Shown in pieces: positions 58,198-64,000 of a stretch of DNA of 64,000 bases. The translations under genes were made by a program, and so were the position numbers. Source of the stretch: Candidatus Poribacteria bacterium. Its GTDB lineage: Bacteria > Poribacteria > WGA-4E > WGA-3G. The notes under the pieces are model-generated. The model was not told the DNA's origin and ran no database searches. It worked only from the letters and a program-made list of their open reading frames with translations. Every line of letters starts with the position of its first letter. Within the stretch, counting starts at the first letter, position 1. The stretch is taken from assembly GCA_965242965.1 (NCBI GenBank), contig OZ251518.1, positions 1,408,001-1,472,000 of the forward strand, given 5' to 3'.

Positions 58198-58947
58198 ATG
58201 TTACGCAGAAACCGATTTATACGCTATAGCATCGGCGTAGCGATTCTACTCGTAGGAGCGGTTGTGCTCTTCAGCCATTATCGGAACGCGCGTGTCCAAG
58301 AACCTATAAGAATCTATAAAGTCACTCGACCCGCGCCGCGTGTGCAGGCAGCGAAACGCGCGCCTAGCGAAGCGAGTCAACCTGATGTGACAGTTCACGC
58401 TGATGCCGAACCCGCGGACGCGCCAAACCTCAAAGCACCGCCACATCCAGAAACGGAAATGGATGTGGCAGACGGTGATGTCGGCACAGAACCGGCGATG
58501 CCCGTTGCAGTGCTTTCAGAGACACCGGCAGCGGCGGCGGTGCCAAATTTCAAGACAACTCCCGCTGGTTTTCCGCTGCCGATCTATTGGGATCAACCGG
58601 AACATAAGCAACAGTATTACCATTACGAACATAAGTTGATCGCTCATGTCCTCGTGAAACTTTGGCATCAGGGGGTGCGTGATTTTACGGGCGGTTCCAT
58701 CGGTGATGACGGTAAAGTTTATCCGCACTATAGAAATACCCTCTATGTGAGATGGAAAGAGGTTCGTCATCCGGATGGCACGCTGCGCCAGACGATTCAG
58801 AGTTGTTTTGGAGACAATGTTGGTTTCGTGCAAAAAACCCTTTTCGACCTGCCGCCTCCGGATGTGCGGCTAATCGATTTAAATTCACCTGAAGGACAAG
58901 GGATCGACCCTTATGCCTTCTTAACTTCCAAGGAGTTACCAAAATGA
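58198..58947 (+). CDS. Membrane-anchored hypothetical protein (paralog of 55975..56754)
   Basis: AAGGAGG RBS; VLVKLWHQG...GG...PHYRNT.YVR...GIDPY.FL. Confidence 0.8.
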   Translation: MLRRNRFIRYSIGVAILLVGAVVLFSHYRNARVQEPIRIYKVTRPAPRVQAAKRAPSEASQPDVTVHADAEPADAPNLKAPPHPETEMDVADGDVGTEPAMPVAVLSETPAAAAVPNFKTTPAGFPLPIYWDQPEHKQQYYHYEHKLIAHVLVKLWHQGVRDFTGGSIGDDGKVYPHYRNTLYVRWKEVRHPDGTLRQTIQSCFGDNVGFVQKTLFDLPPPDVRLIDLNSPEGQGIDPYAFLTSKELPK

Positions 58948-59005
58948 AAATCTGTCCGTTATCGTCCTTCCGATAGACAGATTTCCCGTTTGCGTCCCGA
59001 GCCCT

Positions 59006-59560
59006 ATTTCCGGTCTCGATGCTGTAGGAGAGCCCTCCTGGTCTCGATTTTTTGTCGGCGCGCCGTCCCGGTCTCAATTTTCCCGTAGCGCGGGGGCCTG
59101 TCCCCCGCGATCGTTGAATTGCGCGTGCATGAACGATGGCGAGGGACAGGCCCTCGCCCTACGATGAAAGGAAGACGTTTTTATCGTAGCGCGGGGGCCC
59201 TCGGATGCCATACGCGCATCCGAGCGGGTTTCCCCCGCGAGCTCCATCGTCACGATGTATGTTTCCCCCTCTGTAGTTTGTGATCGCCTGATCACAAACG
59301 GGTCAGGATCAGGCGATCCTGACCTACAGAGCCTGGCGAGCGAGGGATGGCGAGGGACAGGCCCTCGCCCTACGGTGAAACGGAGGCGGCCTTGACAACC
59401 GTAGCGCGGGGGCCTGTCCCCCGCGAACGTTCATGTACTCCAGGCATGGCGAGGGACAGGCCCTCGCCCTACGGTGAAACGGAGGCTTTTCTCCTACCGT
59501 AGCGCGGGGGCCTGTCCCCCGCGAGCGTTCGATCGCGCGAGCCATTTATGAAACCCCCTC
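59006..59560. repeat. Mosaic REP array with an inverted end at the right edge
   Basis: ATTTATGAAACCCCCTC at 59544-59560; C/B doublets and a GATCGCC-loop pair. Confidence 0.9.
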
Positions 59561-60026
59561 ACTTTAGCGATTTAGGCGGAGGCCCTTCAATGATAAACAA
59601 CTGGTTTTTGCCAGGGAGAGGTGTCACCTTGACACCTCTCGCCTTCAGCCCTTGAAAGTAGTCAAGTTGTGCCAAGGTTTTTGAATGCGGGTTGAGAGAA
59701 TAAAACGCATAGAGATAGAGGATCTCTTCCTCAAGCGTCCGCATGTCCTTGGCTTCTACCCGATCCAAACAAGCTTGAAGGCGTGCTGGCGTTGTCGGGT
59801 GCGGCTCGATTGTCCAAAGCGCGCAGAGGTAAAGCATCTCCTCCTCAAGCGTCCGTGCATCCTTGGTTTCTAACTGTTTCAAGGTGAACGCCGCCTCTTG
59901 AGGCGTTAAAGGGAACGGATACCGGCTCCCGGGGTCTGACACCATGGGTGCGCATCCGGAGAAAGCCGTTTGGAAGAGGAGGCATCCTATTAGCAAAAAC
60001 GGCAGGAGTCCCCATATCTTGTTCAT
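59559..60026 (-). CDS. Lipoprotein with an internal duplication
   Basis: FSGC lipobox; KDARTLEEEMLYL and KDMRTLEEEILYL repeats. Confidence 0.78.
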   Translation of the reverse strand: MNKIWGLLPFLLIGCLLFQTAFSGCAPMVSDPGSRYPFPLTPQEAAFTLKQLETKDARTLEEEMLYLCALWTIEPHPTTPARLQACLDRVEAKDMRTLEEEILYLYAFYSLNPHSKTLAQLDYFQGLKARGVKVTPLPGKNQLFIIEGPPPKSLK

Positions 60027-60046
60027 GAAAAAATCCTCCTTTAAAA

Positions 60047-60910
60047 TTAGTCATCATCCCAGTTAATGTCGTAGAATGAGATGCCTTCTGCCCGTGCCTC
60101 GCGGTATTTTCCAAGACGGTGCAACCAAACCGCGTCTAATCTTCCGATCTGGTTCACCGCTTCAAGCCGGGCGTAGGATTCATAACGTGAGGCAGGCGGT
60201 GCTGTAGAGTTTTTGCCTGCGGAAGAATAGAGTGCTAGGTATGCATGAAAAAAAGCGTGGCATTCTTGATTTGTTCGGTGGATATCCAACTCCAACTTTC
60301 GGAGAAACTTAACAACGATGTGAACATCGGGAATGTCACCATGCATCTCAATGAGGGCGGCGCGCTTGTGTTTGATCCACACCTCGGGGGATTCTCTTCG
60401 GAGCCTATCCAGAAAAAGACGTTCTTTTTCCTCTTCCATCGGCTTCTTCAGTTTTTCAACCGTCCGCCGGTTGGCTTCACTCGGGAAAAGAAAATACAAT
60501 GCCTCAAAATAAGCGATTAAGCGCGTCGGGTCGGTTGTCCACCCCTTCTCCGGCTGCCGCTCATACTCGGCAATGCAGCGCACCTGCGGGATATCGCCGA
60601 ACCGTTGAAAGAGCGTGGCAGCGAAGTATTTGTGGTATAACGCCGGGTTTGTATGCAGATAGAAATTCCAGCGTTGCGGAACCTCTAGTTGCATGAGTTC
60701 CGCCACTTCCTCTTCTGTCAACCTTATCCACGCTTCGTCCGGCGGGTAAGTAAATTCTGTTGAGTTTGCGGGCATTACCGTGATAGCGGATGCTGCCGTG
60801 GGGGTTTCCATGTCTGCCGCCTCTTCCGAGCCTCCACAGCCGATGCAGAGCAACAGACTGAGGCAGATAGCGAGAGAAAAGAATGAGCGGCAAGTGAACT
60901 GATTTTTCAT
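60047..60910 (-). CDS. Lipoprotein, hypothetical
   Basis: CIGC lipobox; internal repeat FGDIPQV / HGDIPDV; GAGG RBS. Confidence 0.78.
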   Translation of the reverse strand: MKNQFTCRSFFSLAICLSLLLCIGCGGSEEAADMETPTAASAITVMPANSTEFTYPPDEAWIRLTEEEVAELMQLEVPQRWNFYLHTNPALYHKYFAATLFQRFGDIPQVRCIAEYERQPEKGWTTDPTRLIAYFEALYFLFPSEANRRTVEKLKKPMEEEKERLFLDRLRRESPEVWIKHKRAALIEMHGDIPDVHIVVKFLRKLELDIHRTNQECHAFFHAYLALYSSAGKNSTAPPASRYESYARLEAVNQIGRLDAVWLHRLGKYREARAEGISFYDINWDDD

Positions 60911-60927
60911 CGTTTCTTCCTCTTTTT

Positions 60928-61587
60928 GAGAGTGTTTCATAAATCCGTTGGCACGCCATCCCGGTCTCGATGCGAGCGATGTCCCCCGGTAGGAGAGACC
61001 TCCTGGTCTCGATTTTTCCCGTAGCGCGAGCGATGGCGAGGGACAGGCCCTCGCCCTACGATGAGGGGGAGGCTTTTCTCCTACCGTAGCGCGGGGGCCT
61101 GTCCCCCGCGATCTCCCGCGGGGGCCTGTCCCCCGCGATCTCCCTCGTCACGAGGTGGCGTTTTAGGTCCTTTAGGTCCTATATGTCTATAGCAGCATGT
61201 GTCGTTACGTTGTCAAGGTCCTTTAGGTCTTAATAAAAAACACGCTGCGCGTCAAAGTCTATTAAGGACCTAAAGGACCTTAAATCTCTCCACGAGCGCA
61301 CGAGCTATAAACATTAAGGTCCTACGGACCTAAGAAACGTTTTTTCCCCGTAGCGCGGGGGCCTGTCCCCCGCGATCGTTGGAGTGCGCGTGCCTGAACG
61401 ATGGCGAGGGACAGGCCCTCGCCCTACGGTGAGGGTGGCGTTTTTTTCGTGCGCCTCCTCTGTAGTTTGTGATCGCCTGATCACAAACGGGTCAGGAGCA
61501 GGTGCTCCTGACCTACAGTCGGGGAGCGCAAGCTCAATAGCGCGGAGGCCTGTCCCCGCGACGTTGGGAGATTTAGGAAACACCCTC
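60928..61587. mobile_element. MITE-like element: inverted ends enclosing REP cargo
   Basis: GAGAGTGTTTCATAAAT ... ATTTAGGAAACACCCTC; interior A, B, C, four-hairpin and GATCGCC-loop units. Confidence 0.62.
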
Positions 61588-61603
61588 GCTTTATTATGCA
61601 CCC

Positions 61604-61632
61604 AGTATATACGTTGTCACGTTTTGTGTCAA
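61604..61632 (-). promoter_or_regulatory. sigma70 promoter facing into the REP element
   Basis: TTGACA-17-TATACT on the minus strand, ending 16 nt before the element end. Confidence 0.6.
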
Positions 61633-61808
61633 ACGTTACACAAAAACTTCAAAATTTCTGACTTTTTTGAATTTCGGGGTGAGAACTCGGAGCATTTTAG
61701 CATGAAAAAGAAGAATTTTCCACGATGCAACCAGAGTATTCCAAGAAGATTCAGTTGTCCTATTTCTGTCGTTTGCGAACGTTCGCAAATGGGCCAAGAC
61801 TGCATGGC

Positions 61809-62000
61809 TGTAGTTTGTGATCGCCTGATCACAAACGGGTCAGGATCAGGCGATCCTGACCTACAGTTCGGGGAGCGCACGTTAGTTCTGTAGTTCGGGA
61901 TCGCCCGATCCCGAACGGATTATGATAAGCCACGCCTTACCTCATCGAGACCAGGAGGTCTCTCCTACCAACATTGAGACCAGGAGGTCTCTCCTACCGG
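61809..62000. repeat. REP array
   Basis: GATCGCC-loop REPs x3 and A-type x2. Confidence 0.88.
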
Positions 62001-62126
62001 GATTTTTGTGCGCTATCCGCGCTTGCAAAATTCCCCTGTTTCTTGTAAAATTAAAAGAAAACGAGAGACAAGCCCTCGCGCTACATGCCACCGACAGTTT
62101 ACAAAAAAAATGCCGGTTCCCAGAAA

Positions 62127-63548
62127 ATGTCCAACAAAACGCTTAACCACCTGCTCATTGCCCTCACAATCCTCTTTGATGTCTGTTTCGTTGCCACCGC
62201 CATTCTCGTCGCTTATTGGCTGCGATTCGTATCGGGATGGTTTGAGGCAGTCGCTTTGCACAAAGGCGGCACACCGCCGCTCGCAGATTATTTCCGCCTG
62301 ATTCCGCTCATGGCAGTTATATGGTTCCTAACGTTGCGAACGTTGAAACTCTATCATCTCGATAACAACGCCAGCGTTTCGGCATTCTGGCATCTTTGCA
62401 AAGCCGCCCTCATCGCGCTGATCGCAACGTTAGGCGCGCTCTTCTTTCTCTTCCACCACGATGCCTACTCACGTTGGGTCATGCTCCTCGCAACGGGATT
62501 GAGTTTGATGTGGCTATTCCTCGGGCGCGTCGCGCTGCACCGGTTCAGGCAAGCCATCTATGCGCAAGGAGTCGGCGTGAACCGCGCCGCCATCGTCGGT
62601 TACGATGCACGCGTCCAAAAATTTATCGACGCGCTCTGTGCCAAAACGGACAGCGGTTATCAGATAGTCGGCACAATAGGAGAGCCCTCCGAGTGTCAAA
62701 CAACGCCTCGTTCTCATTGTTCTCAATTCCCGAATCTTGGGGAAACCGCGGCGGTGCTATCTCTCGTGCAAAAGCACCAACTTGACATCCTCTTTATCGC
62801 ATCGCCGACGGTGCCGAATGCGACTATTCTCCAGATTCTCCGCGACTGCGAAGGCGTGCCGGTGCAGATTCACATGCTCCCCGAACTCTCCGAATTTATC
62901 ATCGGCGGCACCGGTGTCAAATCTGTTGCCGGGATGCCAGTTATCCAACTCCGAGATACGCCGATGCAGGGGATGCAGGGCATTGTTAAACGTGCGATTG
63001 ACATCGTTTTCAGCGCGGCGGCGTTAATCGTGCTGAGCCCACTCCTGTTAACAATTGCGATTGCCATCCGTCTCACTTCCCCCGGCAAAGCGATTTTTCG
63101 GCAGGAACGCATTGGCAGAGCCGGCAAGCGGTTCCAGATGTATAAATTCCGCTCCATGCGCGCCGATGCGGAGGAGAACGTCGGGCACGTTTGGGCAAAA
63201 CCCGATGACGCACGTCAGACCGCGCTTGGCAAGTTTCTACGACGCTGGAGTCTAGATGAACTCCCCCAGTTTTTCAATGTTCTCAAAGGTGACATGAGTC
63301 TCGTCGGACCGCGCCCTGAGATGTCCGGGCTTATCCCGACGTTCAGCGAATCTATACCGCACTATCTCGCGCGGCAACGCGTGAAGGCTGGCATGACAGG
63401 ATGGGCCCAGGTCAACGGCTTGCGAGGCAATACTTCGCTTGAAGAACGCATCTGCTACGATAGAGACTATATTGAAAACTGGACGCTCGGTTTGGATATC
63501 AAAATCATTCTGAAGACGTTGTGGGCTATCAAAGCAGGCTCGCGATAG
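62127..63548 (+). CDS. wcaJ: Undecaprenyl-phosphate glucose/hexose phosphotransferase (WcaJ-like)
   Basis: 4 N-terminal TMs, KRAIDIV, FRQERIG, YKFRSM, SLDELPQFFNVLKGDMSLVGPRPE, GMTGWAQVNG.RG. Confidence 0.9.
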   Translation: MSNKTLNHLLIALTILFDVCFVATAILVAYWLRFVSGWFEAVALHKGGTPPLADYFRLIPLMAVIWFLTLRTLKLYHLDNNASVSAFWHLCKAALIALIATLGALFFLFHHDAYSRWVMLLATGLSLMWLFLGRVALHRFRQAIYAQGVGVNRAAIVGYDARVQKFIDALCAKTDSGYQIVGTIGEPSECQTTPRSHCSQFPNLGETAAVLSLVQKHQLDILFIASPTVPNATILQILRDCEGVPVQIHMLPELSEFIIGGTGVKSVAGMPVIQLRDTPMQGMQGIVKRAIDIVFSAAALIVLSPLLLTIAIAIRLTSPGKAIFRQERIGRAGKRFQMYKFRSMRADAEENVGHVWAKPDDARQTALGKFLRRWSLDELPQFFNVLKGDMSLVGPRPEMSGLIPTFSESIPHYLARQRVKAGMTGWAQVNGLRGNTSLEERICYDRDYIENWTLGLDIKIILKTLWAIKAGSR

Positions 63549-63561
63549 GTGCCTCAAACTG

Positions 63562-64000
63562 TCAGGAAAAATACCGGCGCACGAAGGGCCATGCTCCAGC
63601 CTTGTAATACCGATGCCCACCCTCACCGATGAAAAGTTCACACCGCTCTGGGACACCTGCTACCGCGTAAATCGTCTTCAACCTTTCATACGCCAATTCC
63701 ACATGAGCGATGGGGAAGATGCCGTCATCGCGGCCCGCAATTGCACAGAATGGGCGCGGCGCAATTAAACCGGCGACATCATACATCTCACCTAACCGCA
63801 TCAACCCCGGCACGTAGTTGCAATCGCAGTGATGAATGGTGCCGATGCTTCCCTCAAACGTGCAGAAATAGCAGCTCGGCACGGCGACAGCAATGCGGGT
63901 TTCACACGCGGCAGCGAAGAGGGAAACGGTGCCGCCGCCCGAATTGCCGGTAATTGCGATGCGTTTTGCATCTACCGGCAGATTCGCAATTGCCCAATCG
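63562..64000 (-). CDS. Alpha/beta hydrolase (acetyl xylan esterase/dienelactone hydrolase-like), 5' end outside the window
   Basis: The frame continues to the window edge: VDAKRIAITGNSGGG, G.DD.IFP, GGH catalytic triad motifs. Confidence 0.85.
   Translation of the reverse strand, partial: DWAIANLPVDAKRIAITGNSGGGTVSLFAAACETRIAVAVPSCYFCTFEGSIGTIHHCDCNYVPGLMRLGEMYDVAGLIAPRPFCAIAGRDDGIFPIAHVELAYERLKTIYAVAGVPERCELFIGEGGHRYYKAGAWPFVRRYFS

Overview
Bacterial chromosomal window of moderate GC, probably Candidatus Poribacteria or a similar lineage. This is inferred from the internalin-type LRR protein, the expanded FGE-sulfatase family, PQQ-type propellers, the PSD1/DUF1501 pair and a C-terminal 'AVxPxGKLTTTWxxLK' motif. 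It holds about 45 CDS. Housekeeping and metabolic genes include mutY, recD2, a wcaJ-like transferase, a GHMP kinase-GalU fusion, a LuxE-like/aldehyde dehydrogenase pair and several oxidoreductases. It also carries TA genes, an MTase-nuclease fusion and many orphan secreted proteins. No rRNA, tRNA, CRISPR-cas, transposase, RAYT or reverse transcriptase gene was seen. Three things stand out. (1) Roughly 8-9 kb (estimated by eye) is mosaic arrays of several GTAG-type REP hairpin families plus a ~170-bp four-hairpin element. Many arrays are bounded by a shared 15-17 bp inverted end (GAGGGTGTTTCATAAAT), some repeats supply stop codons, and some sit in-frame inside proteins. (2) A tandem cluster of FGE/CLec-fold proteins has C-terminal 108-nt segments that vary like diversity-generating-retroelement variable regions, and one is followed by a perfect 26-bp GC palindrome. 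No TR or RT is in the window. (3) A REP-free island at 22.25-24.9 kb starts with three tandem near-perfect sigma70 promoters driving an unexplained ~330-nt transcript, followed by small orphan genes with a shared upstream motif. All family assignments are motif recognition by eye, not database searches.
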